Shown here: positions 1 through 9,764 of the stretch, in pieces
How the letters are laid out: each line of letters begins with the position of its first letter
Numbering within the stretch: position 1 is the stretch's first letter
Assembly: GCA_021814145.1 (NCBI GenBank)
Contig: JAKAIY010000002.1
Coordinates: 1,739 to 65,738 of the forward strand
DNA from: Chloroflexota bacterium
GTDB lineage: Bacteria > Chloroflexota > Ktedonobacteria > Ktedonobacterales > JADMIN01
Reading direction: 5' to 3'
Length of the DNA stretch: 64,000 nt
Notes under the pieces: model-generated
Database searches by the model: none
The model's input: only the letters and a program-made list of their open reading frames with translations
Told to the model about the DNA's origin: nothing
Made by a program: the position numbers and the translations under genes

Positions 1-6
1 GGTATC

Positions 7-693
7 ATGTCAACTATTATCAGCGGTGTTTCGCTGAACAGGGAGCGCGCTGGCGCGCCCCCAACGCAAGGTCTCATCCAGAGGAGACAATCCATGAGCC
101 AGTTGACCGCTGACCGGAAGGTTAGCGTTTTCACCTTTACCACATCCCGGATCGTGACCGCAGCCGTCCTTGTCGCGCTGACCATCATCCTGGGCCTCGT
201 GCCTGGCATTGGCTTTATTCCGCTGCCTAACGCCACGGGGTCCGCAACAATTGAGCATATCCCGACAATCCTTGGTAGTGTGCTTGAAGGGCCATTGGTC
301 GGTATGGTAACCGGCCTCACGTTTGGCCTGTTGAGTTTTACACGCGCGACAACCCCATTGTTCAGGGACCCTCTGGTCTCAGTGGCGCCCCGAATCATCA
401 TTGGCCTGACGCCGTGGATCGTTTTTGTGGCGCTTAAACGCATCCAGCTTGATTTCGCCGCTGGCGCCGCGGGATTCGTGGGATCCGCGACCAACACCAT
501 ACTCGTGCTGGCTATCGCTATCTGGCGTGGCTACCTGCCACTCGCTATCGTGCCGCTTGTGCTGCCTCAAGCGATCGCCGAGGCGGTTCTGGCGACGATT
601 TTGACGATTGTGATCACGCGGGCGGTCTATATCACGCGCAACCAGATTCTCCGCGCGCCAGACCGCAAGAAGCGCGAAGATTTGCCGTACTAA
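7..693 (+). CDS. ECF transporter S (substrate-binding) component, specificity unknown
   Basis: 228-aa ORF made of hydrophobic helices (e.g. VTAAVLVALTIILGLVPGIGFIP, LVGMVTGLTFGLLSF). It lies directly upstream, on the same strand, of a fused EcfA-EcfA' ATPase and EcfT. The start is uncertain (ATG at 7 or 94). Confidence 0.6.
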   Translation: MSTIISGVSLNRERAGAPPTQGLIQRRQSMSQLTADRKVSVFTFTTSRIVTAAVLVALTIILGLVPGIGFIPLPNATGSATIEHIPTILGSVLEGPLVGMVTGLTFGLLSFTRATTPLFRDPLVSVAPRIIIGLTPWIVFVALKRIQLDFAAGAAGFVGSATNTILVLAIAIWRGYLPLAIVPLVLPQAIAEAVLATILTIVITRAVYITRNQILRAPDRKKREDLPY

Positions 694-797
694 CTCGTTT
701 CACAGCCGCGAGAGCCGCGCAAACGATGCGGCTCCTGCGGGCTGTGGCGTGTCTTCCAGGCCGCGAGGCCCGCGCGGGAAAGTCACTGCCGCTTCAT

Positions 798-2636
798 ATG
801 CTCGAAGTCACTAGCGTAGAGTACCGATACGGACGCGAAAACCTTGATACGCCCCCAGCGGTTACGGAAATTACGCTTGCCATCGCGCCGGGCCAGATCG
901 TGGGATTGCTCGGCCAGAACGGGTCGGGTAAAAGTACGCTCGCCAAGTTGCTGACGGGTGTCCTCACGCCTCAATCTGGCACGGTCATAGTGGATGGCAT
1001 TGATACGCGAGACCGCGTCCACCGCTGGGAGGCGAGACGGCTGGTCGGGCTTGTCTTCCAGAACCCTGATGACCAGCTCATCACCAACACGCTCATAGAC
1101 GATGTCGCGTTCGGCCCGGAAAATCTGGGGTTGCCGCGCAGCGAGATCCAGCGCAGAGTTGATGACGCGATCAAGCTGATGGAGCTCACGCCCTATCTCA
1201 TGACACCGCTGAATGAGCTCTCGGTCGGCCAGCGTCAGCGCGTCGCCATCGCCGGAGTGCTGGCGATGGAGCCGCGGTATATCGTGCTGGACGAGCCAAG
1301 CACCATGCTTCCGCCCAACCTCGCGGAGCAACTGATCGCCACCGTTACCCAGCTCGCCCGCGAACGCGGTATCGGCGCCATCTACATTACCCATCGCATG
1401 GAGGAGGCCGTTTCCTTCGATCATGTTCTTGTCATGCGTCAGGGCAGGATCGCGTTAGAGGGGACACCGCGCAAGGTGTTTGGCGCGGTGGAGCGCCTGC
1501 GGGCGCTGGGACTGGAGGCGCCTCCAGTGACCCTGCTGTCGCGGCGGCTGCGCGCGCGCGGCTACGATATCCAACCTGACAGTATTCTTGCAGAGGAGCT
1601 TGTCACCCAACTCCGTCCCTATGCGCCTGAGAAAGAGACCTGGGGAAACGTCATGCGTGAAGCGCCCGGGAGTGATGGCGCGACTGCGGATAGCGCCGGG
1701 ACAGGCGCGCCGCCAGCGAGCCAGCCAGGCGCGACCCAGCCGCCTGTGCTGGAAACGCGCAAGCTGTCCTTTACCCATCTGCGTGGCACCCCATTCGCGC
1801 AGCAGACGTTGAATGAGCTCGACAGCCGGATCCCGCGTGGCGCGTTCGTGGCGTTCGTTGGGCCAACCCGGTCGGGAAAATCCACACTGCTCGACTGTCT
1901 CAACGCGATCATCAAGCCTGGCCGGGGAATGGTGTTCTATAATGGCGCCGACACCGGAGAGCCCGGCTTTGACATCGAGAAATTGCGCCTTGCGGTCGGC
2001 GTGGTCTATCAATCGCCTGACAGCCAGATTCTTGAAGATATCGTCGGCAAAGATATCGCGTTTGGACTCATCAGGCGCAAGACGCCGCTGGCGGAGTCGC
2101 GACGGATCGTCCGGGAGTGCCTGGAGGCGGTTGGACTGCCGTATGAAGAATTCCGCAACCGGTATACCTACGCGCTGAGCGGTGGCGAGAAGCGGCGCGT
2201 GGCGATCGCGGGCGCGCTGGCGATGAATCCAGAGACACTGGCGCTCGATGAGCCAACCGCTGGCCTTGATCCGCAGGGACGCGCCGAATTTATCGCGCTC
2301 ATTCGCGCGCTCCGGCGCGAGCGCGCGCTAACCGTCGTGTATATGACATCCAGCCTGGACGATGTAGCGGACATGGCGGACTACATCTATGTCCTGGACG
2401 CGGGGAAAGTCACTTTTGAGGGGACGACACGCGAGGTTATGCGCCAGCTTCCCGCGCTGGAGCGACTGGGCATCGGCCTCTCCGGCGTATCCCGTCTCGC
2501 GCTGGAACTCGCCACCGTCGTTCCCGACCTGGATACCTCCTGCCTGGATCTCGACGCGCTGGAAGCGGACCTGCTCACGCGGCTGCTCCCAGCGCCACGT
2601 GTATCAAGCGCGTCCGGTGAGGAGGCCGCGTTATGA
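798..2636 (+). CDS. Fused ECF transporter ATPase (EcfA-EcfA', two ABC cassettes)
   Basis: Two complete ABC cassettes: Walker A GQNGSGKST and GPTRSGKST, signatures LSVGQRQR and LSGGEKRR, Walker B IVLDEPS and LALDEPT. They are joined by a Pro/Ala/Gly-rich linker. ATG 798 (MLEVTSVEYRY) is preferred over the ORF-track start at 726. Confidence 0.85.
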   Translation: MLEVTSVEYRYGRENLDTPPAVTEITLAIAPGQIVGLLGQNGSGKSTLAKLLTGVLTPQSGTVIVDGIDTRDRVHRWEARRLVGLVFQNPDDQLITNTLIDDVAFGPENLGLPRSEIQRRVDDAIKLMELTPYLMTPLNELSVGQRQRVAIAGVLAMEPRYIVLDEPSTMLPPNLAEQLIATVTQLARERGIGAIYITHRMEEAVSFDHVLVMRQGRIALEGTPRKVFGAVERLRALGLEAPPVTLLSRRLRARGYDIQPDSILAEELVTQLRPYAPEKETWGNVMREAPGSDGATADSAGTGAPPASQPGATQPPVLETRKLSFTHLRGTPFAQQTLNELDSRIPRGAFVAFVGPTRSGKSTLLDCLNAIIKPGRGMVFYNGADTGEPGFDIEKLRLAVGVVYQSPDSQILEDIVGKDIAFGLIRRKTPLAESRRIVRECLEAVGLPYEEFRNRYTYALSGGEKRRVAIAGALAMNPETLALDEPTAGLDPQGRAEFIALIRALRRERALTVVYMTSSLDDVADMADYIYVLDAGKVTFEGTTREVMRQLPALERLGIGLSGVSRLALELATVVPDLDTSCLDLDALEADLLTRLLPAPRVSSASGEEAAL

Positions 2637-3472
2637 TGGAACTATCGCGGAACATCACGATTGGACAATATGTCAACTCAGGCTCGGTCCTGCACCGCCT
2701 GGACCCACGCGTCAAGGTGCTGGGGCTCATTGCGCTGATCGTCGTGATCTCGCTTGTCTCGTCGTTCACGGCGTTCGGGGCGCTGGCGCTTTTTGGACTG
2801 TTCATGCTGGCGCTTTCCCGCATCTCGCCACGCTTCATCGCTGTGAGCCTGCGCCCGGCGATTGTGTTTCTGACGGTGATTTACGTCTTCCAGGTGCTGT
2901 TTTATCAGCCCAGCGTTCCTCATCCGCACACGCTCTGGAGCTGGGGGCCGCTGAGTGTGACGGTTGAGGGCCTGCTGGCCAGCGCGCTCATCAACCTGCG
3001 CGCGCTGTTGCTCTATTATTTTGTGAACCTTCTGACATTCACTACGACGCTTGTGGATGTCGCCGATGGCGTGGAGTCGCTGCTCTCACCGCTGCAGCGG
3101 ATTGGGGCGCCCATCAACGAGGCGTCCATGGTGATGGTGGTGGCGCTGAAGTTCGTGCCGATCTTCATCAGTGAGCTCGAACGGCTCATCAAGGCGCGCG
3201 CCGCGCGTGGCGTCAAGATTGATTCGGGCAATTTCATTACTCGCGCGCTCAATATTGGCCCGCTCCTCGTCCCACTGATTCTGGGTGGATTCAAGCGGGC
3301 TGAGGCGCTGACTATCGCGATGGAGGCGCGCGGCTATCGGGGTGGGCGTGGCCGGACGAAACTGCGGCGGCTTCGTCTCGGCGCGCGCGACATTGTGGCG
3401 TTCATCACGCTGGGAGGCGTATGCGCCGCGGTCATCTACCTGAATATCCACGCGCCAGTCTGGGTGAGGTAA
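2633..3472 (+). CDS. ecfT: ECF transporter transmembrane T component
   Basis: Polytopic 279-aa ORF with a 4-nt overlap on the ATPase stop. Two Ala-Arg-Gly coupling-helix-type motifs (KARAARGV, MEARGYRG) are typical of EcfT/CbiQ. Confidence 0.8.
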   Translation: MMELSRNITIGQYVNSGSVLHRLDPRVKVLGLIALIVVISLVSSFTAFGALALFGLFMLALSRISPRFIAVSLRPAIVFLTVIYVFQVLFYQPSVPHPHTLWSWGPLSVTVEGLLASALINLRALLLYYFVNLLTFTTTLVDVADGVESLLSPLQRIGAPINEASMVMVVALKFVPIFISELERLIKARAARGVKIDSGNFITRALNIGPLLVPLILGGFKRAEALTIAMEARGYRGGRGRTKLRRLRLGARDIVAFITLGGVCAAVIYLNIHAPVWVR

Positions 3473-3477
3473 GCGGG

Positions 3478-4653
3478 TCAGCTTCCCCGCGCGATCGCCG
3501 CGATACAGGCGGCAAGCCGCGTGATTTCTTCCTCGGTGTTGTAAAAGCCAATCGAGGCGCGCAACACACCTGGATCAGGAATCGCCCGGATGAGAATGCG
3601 CTCCTCAGCCAGCTGTTTCACTACTTCGGCGGGCGCCATCGTGTCTACCGTGAAGTGGACGAGGCCAGCCATCAGGTCACGTGGCGTGAGAACTGTGACG
3701 CCATCAAGCCGGGAAAGCTGGTCGTGGCATAGACGCCCAAGTCGCAAGATGCGCTCATACACCCACTGCCAGCCAACTTCTTCTGTAAGCCAGCGTAGAC
3801 TGGCGGTAAACGCCGCTGCGCTGGCGGGGTTAATAGTGGCGACCTCAAAGCGCTGCGCGCCAGGGGTGGGGACAAAGTGGCCTTCGAAGTCACTCATCCC
3901 ATGCTGGATGGTGTGATAGCCAGCGAATGTAGGCTGAATGTCACCGAGACGGTCCCGCCGCGTGAAGAGCGCGCCTGTTCCATCTGGCCCGCAGAGCCAT
4001 TTTTGCCCCGAACACGCGTAAGCGTCAACGCCGAGATCAAGCGTCTGTGAGGGAACCATGCCGCATGATTGCGCAGCGTCACAGATGAACAGGCCGCCCG
4101 CTCGATGGGTCAATTCGACCAGTTCCGCGAGTGGCAGCGTCACGCCTGTTGACCAGGAGACGTGCGAGAGCGCGACGGCGCGCGTGCGGGGGCCAAGCGC
4201 GTCGCGTAGCGCGCCAGCCACGTTCACGCCAGGCTTGCCGATATCGGTCATGCGAATGCGGACACCATAGCGCTGATGGAGCAGGTAGACAGGGTACAGC
4301 ACGCCTGGGTGTTCTGTGGTCGCGGTGACAATCTCGTCGCCAGGGCGCCAGTCAATCCCCATGAGAGCGATGTTGACGCCTTCAGTCGTGTTGTGAGTGA
4401 GGGCGACATCGCCGGGATCACAGCCGAGGACGCCCGCCATCGCATCCCGTGTCCGCTGGAGTGAATCCAGCATCTGCGCAAACGCGGTGGGAGAGATACG
4501 GCCCTCGGTGAGTTCCCGCTGTGCACAGGCGAGGAGCGCCTCATGAGCGCGATTGGGAAGCGGGCCATTCGTGCCCGTGTTCATATAGATGTAGCGCTCG
4601 GTCACAGGCAGTTCGGCCCGGATACTGGCGAGTTTCGCGTTGTCGTCCATCAC
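3478..4653 (-). CDS. Class V aminotransferase-fold PLP enzyme (cysteine desulfurase / epimerase-like)
   Basis: 391 aa. Contains an SGQKWLCGP PLP-lysine motif analogous to the SxHK of NifS/CsdA-type enzymes, and shows fold-type I layout throughout. Confidence 0.75.
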   Translation of the reverse strand: MMDDNAKLASIRAELPVTERYIYMNTGTNGPLPNRAHEALLACAQRELTEGRISPTAFAQMLDSLQRTRDAMAGVLGCDPGDVALTHNTTEGVNIALMGIDWRPGDEIVTATTEHPGVLYPVYLLHQRYGVRIRMTDIGKPGVNVAGALRDALGPRTRAVALSHVSWSTGVTLPLAELVELTHRAGGLFICDAAQSCGMVPSQTLDLGVDAYACSGQKWLCGPDGTGALFTRRDRLGDIQPTFAGYHTIQHGMSDFEGHFVPTPGAQRFEVATINPASAAAFTASLRWLTEEVGWQWVYERILRLGRLCHDQLSRLDGVTVLTPRDLMAGLVHFTVDTMAPAEVVKQLAEERILIRAIPDPGVLRASIGFYNTEEEITRLAACIAAIARGS

Positions 4654-4734
4654 TGGTGTCTCCCCTATATGTCTATTGGATAAAAGCCACTGCGCTTCTG
4701 GCCCGCCCAGTTGGTATTGTATCCGCTGAGCGAA

Positions 4735-6774
4735 CTATCCGTCCGCCTCAGTCTCAGGCTCGATGTCCAGCACGAGGGCGCCAGCTCCTACCTGCTCGCC
4801 CGCAGTGAAACGGGTCGCGGTGACAACGCCATTCCAGGGGGCGCGTATGGTATGCTCCATTTTCATCGCTTCCAGCGTCATCAACGGATCGCCCGCGCGC
4901 ACATGTCGCCCCACCTCAACCAGGAGCGCGACTACGACCCCTGGCATCGGGGCCACGAGCGAGCCGGCGGACGGTCTGCGTTCACCTGGCTCTGGCAGTG
5001 GAGGCAGCCAGGTCAGAATCTGCGTCCTTCCAGAGATCGCGACCCACCAGGTATGCGCGCCGCCCTCCGCGACGCAGGCGCTCAGGATATATCCGTCCAC
5101 TTCCGCCATGATCTGTCCGCCCGCGCGCTCATGTATGCGAACACGCATGTTCCACACGCCACGCGCCGAGACGCAAGACCCCGTATAGCAGGCCGCTCCG
5201 GCTGGGGTGAGGCGGACGGTGATGGTATGCTCTGGCGCATGCGTACTGACGCCGTGGTCGCGCGGAGTAAACCGCTCGATGCGGGCGTGGCCGGGATTGT
5301 TGCGCCAGCCTCGCCGTTTCCAGGATGCGCCATCGCCCGCGCGCGCCAGCGCGGCGAACAGCGCCGCCATTTCGGGGCTGGAAGGCTCACCTAGCGCGGC
5401 GCCATCTGGCCCAAAAAGCTCAGCGCCAATGCGTTCGATGAGCGTGGTTGTCGTGTCACCTTCCAGGAAGGCGGGGTGGCGCAGCGTCCGTGACAGAAAC
5501 TCGCTGTTCGTGCGGATGCCGAGCGCCACCGTATGTTCGACCGCGTACGCCAGGCGCCGCGCGGCTTGCTCACGTGTCGCGGCATGAGCGCTGATCTTGG
5601 CGATGAGTGGATCGAAGTACGGCGTGATCTCGTCTCCTGTGCGCGCCGCGCTGTCCACTCGCGCGTTCTCCGGCTCGCGCCACAGGACGAGCCGGCCAGT
5701 CGAGGGCAGAAAGCTATTCGCGGGATCTTCAGCGTAGAGCCGCGCTTCGATCGCGTGACCAGTGGCTGTGATCTTCTCCTGGGACAAGGGCAGCGGTCGC
5801 CCTTCCGCGACCTCGATCTGCCAGCGCACGAGATCGAGTCCTGTCACCAGCTCAGTGACAGGGTGCTCGACCTGAAGGCGCGTGTTGACCTCGAGAAAAT
5901 AGAATTCACCATCCGCGTCGAGGACGAACTCAACCGTGCCAGCGTTGGAGTAATTGAGCAGCCGCCCGACAGTAAGCGCGGCGTCAGCCATGCGCTCGCG
6001 CAGCGCGGAGGTCAGGCCCGGCGCGGGTGTCTCTTCAATGATCTTCTGGTGGCGGCGCTGAATCGAACACTCACGCTCACCGAGATGCGCAAGCGCGCCA
6101 TGCTGGTCACCGAAGATCTGGAACTCGATATGACGTGGATTGACGATTGCGCGCTCAATCAGCAGCGTTTCATCGCCAAAGGCCGCTAGCGCCTCACGTC
6201 TCGCGGCGGCGATCGCTTGCGGCGCGTCATCAGGGCCAGCGATAAGGCGCATCCCCTTTCCGCCGCCACCCGCCGAAGCCTTGAGTATCACTGGATACCC
6301 AATGCGGGCGGCTTCGGACAGCAACCGCTCATCAGACTGGTCGTCGCCGTCGTAGCCGGGAATGACTGGCACCCCAGCCTGCGCCATCAGGCGCCGCGCC
6401 GCGCGCTTGCTGCCCATGCGCGCGATGACATCCGGTGTGGGGCCGACGAAAATGAGTCCAGCGTCAAGGCACGCGGCGGCGAACATGGCGTTCTCCGCGA
6501 GGAATCCGTAGCCGGGATGAACGGCGTCCGCGCCAGTCCGCCGCGCCGCTGCGACCAGCGCCTCGATGTTGAGATAGGCCGCTGTTGGGGGGGCGCCGCT
6601 CAACCGGATCGCCTCGTCCGCCTCGATGACGTGGAGCGAGCCCTCATCGGCGTCAGGAAAAACGGCGACTGTCGCTATGCCCATCTGGCGACAGGTCCGC
6701 ACGATGCGGCGCGCGATTTCGCCCCGGTTCGCGATGAGCATCTTTCGGATCAGGAAAGGCTTACTCGCGACCAC
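4735..6774 (-). CDS. Biotin-dependent acyl-CoA carboxylase alpha subunit (biotin carboxylase + BCCP domain; methylcrotonyl-/geranyl-CoA carboxylase type)
   Basis: The N-terminal ATP-grasp biotin carboxylase (KMLIANRGEIARRI, GGGGKGMR) and a C-terminal biotinyl domain with an intact EAMKMEH motif. It lies in a cluster with a carboxyltransferase and an acyl-CoA dehydrogenase. Confidence 0.85.
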   Translation of the reverse strand: MVASKPFLIRKMLIANRGEIARRIVRTCRQMGIATVAVFPDADEGSLHVIEADEAIRLSGAPPTAAYLNIEALVAAARRTGADAVHPGYGFLAENAMFAAACLDAGLIFVGPTPDVIARMGSKRAARRLMAQAGVPVIPGYDGDDQSDERLLSEAARIGYPVILKASAGGGGKGMRLIAGPDDAPQAIAAARREALAAFGDETLLIERAIVNPRHIEFQIFGDQHGALAHLGERECSIQRRHQKIIEETPAPGLTSALRERMADAALTVGRLLNYSNAGTVEFVLDADGEFYFLEVNTRLQVEHPVTELVTGLDLVRWQIEVAEGRPLPLSQEKITATGHAIEARLYAEDPANSFLPSTGRLVLWREPENARVDSAARTGDEITPYFDPLIAKISAHAATREQAARRLAYAVEHTVALGIRTNSEFLSRTLRHPAFLEGDTTTTLIERIGAELFGPDGAALGEPSSPEMAALFAALARAGDGASWKRRGWRNNPGHARIERFTPRDHGVSTHAPEHTITVRLTPAGAACYTGSCVSARGVWNMRVRIHERAGGQIMAEVDGYILSACVAEGGAHTWWVAISGRTQILTWLPPLPEPGERRPSAGSLVAPMPGVVVALLVEVGRHVRAGDPLMTLEAMKMEHTIRAPWNGVVTATRFTAGEQVGAGALVLDIEPETEADG

Positions 6775-6807
6775 ACGCGACCTCGCTTCCCGACTCCCAC
6801 ATGTCCG

Positions 6808-7167
6808 TCATCTGGCGTCTCCGCCTGGCTCGGGCGCGTCCACTGGCATGTACAGGATGATGCCCGCCAGCGACTTGCCCAGTCCATCAATGCGTAGTGA
6901 GCGTGTCGCGCCACCATCCAGCGCACCGTGAAGGACGAAGTTCAGGGCCTCAATGTTGTCCAACTCATAGCGTTCCACCGGGCCGCGCGAGAGCGCGCCC
7001 AGACGCGCCCGCACGCGCCCGGCGGTCAGATTCTCCTTGAGCTCGGCATAGGCGGCGGACGAGCGCGCGATCACGCTGACATTGGCGATATCGCCCTTGT
7101 CACCGGCTCTCCCGTACGCAAGGTCGAAGACGCGCCGGATCGGCGGGCCATCGCGCGTGGACATCAT
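6808..7167 (-). CDS. DUF4387-like small protein (AtuA C-terminal-like partner)
   Basis: About 119 aa. The start ATG overlaps the stop of the upstream DUF1446 gene (tcATGAtg) and is preceded by GGAGG. The ORF-track start at 7233 would overlap the upstream gene by 70 nt, so the internal start was chosen. The family call is from recollection of the conserved DUF1446/DUF4387 pairing. Confidence 0.5.
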   Translation of the reverse strand: MMSTRDGPPIRRVFDLAYGRAGDKGDIANVSVIARSSAAYAELKENLTAGRVRARLGALSRGPVERYELDNIEALNFVLHGALDGGATRSLRIDGLGKSLAGIILYMPVDAPEPGGDAR

Positions 7168-8528
7168 GACACCTCCAGCATAGTGACGGAGACATGCGGC
7201 TCGACACGCTCCCGCTGAATCAACGCGGGCCACAGCCCCAGCAGTGGCCGGGGCTCGGCTCCAACCGTGCCGCCGGAGACAGACATCCCCGCCGGGCCGG
7301 ATAACCCCAGCGCCATAGCGCGCCGCACGGCGGCTTTGAGCGTGGCGGCGTCAGCGGCGGTGAGCATCACGCGCGTGACGAGCTCCATCGGGTCAGATGG
7401 CGGTGGCTCAATAGGGCCAAACAGACTATCGAGTCCCAGGTGGGTGTACTCAACACGGGTGATCGGCAAGTCACGCCAGGCAGCCTCCAGCATGCCGCGC
7501 AACTGCTCTTCCTTGCGCCAGGCGCGTGGCCAGCCAAGCGTGAAGATTAACTCGCGGCTGTAGCCTTCCAGACGCGCGATATTGACCTTGAGTGAGCTGG
7601 TCGTGGCCCTGCCAGTCACACCGCTCACACGCACACGGTCCACGCCGCCGTCTTCCAGACGCAGCGTGGTGATGTCCGCCACCACATCCGGAGTGATATA
7701 AGCGCGTGGATCATGCATCTCATAGAGCAATTGCTCCTTGACTGTCTCCAGCGAGACACGGCCAGGAGCGCCGGGAACTTTTGTGATGGTGAACGAGCCG
7801 TCCGCCTCCACTTCAGCGATTGGGTATCCGGGATTCGCAAGCGCCTCTGGCTCCATGAGGTCTATGCTGGCCAGGCTGTTGCCACCAACGATCTGGCCTG
7901 TGCACTCCAGCAAGTGTCCGCAGATGGAGCCGCTCGCGAGGCGGTTCCACTCATCATCGCGCCAGCCGAAATAGTGGGCGAGTGGCGCTAGGTAGAGCGC
8001 GGGATCCGCGATACGTCCGGTAATGACGATGTCAGCGCCATCCGCCAGGGCGCCCATGATGGGCCTGGCTCCAAGGTAGGCGTTCGCGGTCACGATAGGC
8101 GCGCCTTCCAGCCGCAGCGGCTCGCCTGTCTCGATGTTCGTGAAGAGTTCACCGGCGGCGAGCAGATCGGGCAGGCGCGGAAGCAGGTCGTCACCGGTAA
8201 CGACAGCGATCCTCAGCCCACGCAAGCCAAGGCGCTCCGCAGTGGCGCGTGTGGCCTCCGCCGCGCTCAATGGATTGAGGCCCCCGCCATTAGTGATGAG
8301 GGGGATCTTGCGCGCGTACGCCACTGGCAGAATGCGCTCAGCGATGACTTCGATATCGCGCGTGTACCCAAGTTGTGGATCGCGCATCTGGTCACGCCGC
8401 AGGATAGCGAGCGTCAGTTCTGAAAGCGCCTCAAAGCAGACAACGTCCACCAGTCCACGCTCAATCATCGGCAGCGCGCGCGCCACGTCGTCACCGTAGA
8501 AACCCTCAGCGGAGCCGATGCGGTACAT
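7164..8528 (-). CDS. AtuA-like (DUF1446, acyclic terpene utilisation family) protein
   Basis: 454 aa with the N-terminus MYRIGSAEGFYGDD..ALPMIE and the overall pattern remembered for DUF1446/AtuA. It is embedded between an acyl-CoA dehydrogenase and the carboxylase alpha subunit. Confidence 0.6.
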   Translation of the reverse strand: MYRIGSAEGFYGDDVARALPMIERGLVDVVCFEALSELTLAILRRDQMRDPQLGYTRDIEVIAERILPVAYARKIPLITNGGGLNPLSAAEATRATAERLGLRGLRIAVVTGDDLLPRLPDLLAAGELFTNIETGEPLRLEGAPIVTANAYLGARPIMGALADGADIVITGRIADPALYLAPLAHYFGWRDDEWNRLASGSICGHLLECTGQIVGGNSLASIDLMEPEALANPGYPIAEVEADGSFTITKVPGAPGRVSLETVKEQLLYEMHDPRAYITPDVVADITTLRLEDGGVDRVRVSGVTGRATTSSLKVNIARLEGYSRELIFTLGWPRAWRKEEQLRGMLEAAWRDLPITRVEYTHLGLDSLFGPIEPPPSDPMELVTRVMLTAADAATLKAAVRRAMALGLSGPAGMSVSGGTVGAEPRPLLGLWPALIQRERVEPHVSVTMLEVS

Positions 8529-8533
8529 ACGCC

Positions 8534-9700
8534 CTACCCTTTCCGCTTGCCGGGGAGGATACCCTCCAGCTTGGCGATGATACCCAGCATCACCTCATCC
8601 GCGCCGCCGCCGATGGAGAGCAGGCGGGAGTCGCGATAGGCGCGCGAGATCGGCGTCTCCTCCATGTAGCCCATGCCACCATAGAACTGGAGACAGCTAT
8701 CGGCGACCTCACGCGATAGGCGGCCCGCCTTGAGCTTGGCCATCGAAGCGAGGCGGGTGATGTCCTGCCCTTCGATCATGTTCTCGACCGCCGTGTAGCA
8801 CAGCGCTTTCAACGCTTCGATCTCGGTCAGAAGCTCCGCTATCCGGAAATGGACAATCTGGTTGTCAATCAGCGGCGCGCCGAATGTCTGGCGCTGGCGG
8901 GTGTATTCAATAGTCCGGCGGATGACTTTCTCCATTGAGCTATAGGCCAGAATCGCGCCGACAAGTCGCTCGCGCTGGAATTGGCGCATCTGAAGGATGA
9001 ACCCCATGCCCTCAGGCCCGACGGTATTGGCGCGCGGGACGCGAGCGCCATCGAAGACCAGCTCAGCGGTATCGCTGGAGAGGTTGCCGAGCTTGCGCAG
9101 CTTGCGGCTGACACTGAATCCAGGGGTGTCAGTGGGCACGATGATAAGGGACATGCCGTGGTAGCCGTGCTCCTCGCTGGTGCGCGCCAGCAGGCAGACC
9201 CAATCGGCCTGCGTGCCATTCGTGATGTAGAGCTTGCGCCCGGTGATAACCCAGTCATCACCATCCGTGATGGCGCGTGTGCGGATACTGGCGACATCTG
9301 AGCCAGCGTCAGGCTCGGTGACACCGATGCAGCCAACATACTCGCCACGCAGGCTGGGTTCCAGGTACCGCTTCCGCAGCTCATCTGAGCCGAACTCAGC
9401 TAGCGCGGGGGTGCACATATCCGTGTGAACGGTAATGCCCATCGGCACGCCCGAACAGTCGGTCTTTCCAAGCTCCTCACAGAAGACGACGGTATACCAG
9501 AAATCCAGACCCTGCCCCCCGAATTCTTCGGGATAGGATAGCCCCAGGAAACCGAGGTCTCCCATCTTACGCAGCACTTCATGCGCTGGCCAGATACCCG
9601 CCTCCTCCCACTCATCCACATGGGGGTTCAGCTCCTGTTCCACGAAACGGCGAACGCTCTGACGGAACATCTCGTGCTCTGCTGTGAACTTCATGACCAC
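8534..9700 (-). CDS. Acyl-CoA dehydrogenase (isovaleryl-/citronellyl-CoA dehydrogenase-like)
   Basis: 388 aa with the typical ACAD layout (FTAEHEMFRQSVRRF, GVTEPDAGSD, YGGMGY, IGGGADEV). Confidence 0.85.
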   Translation of the reverse strand: MVMKFTAEHEMFRQSVRRFVEQELNPHVDEWEEAGIWPAHEVLRKMGDLGFLGLSYPEEFGGQGLDFWYTVVFCEELGKTDCSGVPMGITVHTDMCTPALAEFGSDELRKRYLEPSLRGEYVGCIGVTEPDAGSDVASIRTRAITDGDDWVITGRKLYITNGTQADWVCLLARTSEEHGYHGMSLIIVPTDTPGFSVSRKLRKLGNLSSDTAELVFDGARVPRANTVGPEGMGFILQMRQFQRERLVGAILAYSSMEKVIRRTIEYTRQRQTFGAPLIDNQIVHFRIAELLTEIEALKALCYTAVENMIEGQDITRLASMAKLKAGRLSREVADSCLQFYGGMGYMEETPISRAYRDSRLLSIGGGADEVMLGIIAKLEGILPGKRKG

Positions 9701-9764
9701 GCTCCTCGCGTTTCGCGCTCAACGCGCGCCAGAAATGTGAGGCTCGCCGCACGGGAAAACCACC

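Noticed and set aside
783-1424. A 213-aa ORF antisense to the ECF ATPase gene. Similar long antisense or out-of-frame ORFs occur elsewhere, e.g. 1455-2012, 6217-6897, 14642-15310, 29892-30578, 34814-35485, 45404-46132 and 57740-58399.
   Set aside because: Each lies opposite, or out of frame with, a gene that has clear family motifs. Their translations are Arg/Ala/Pro/Ser-rich with no recognisable motif. Such open antisense frames are expected in GC-rich DNA.
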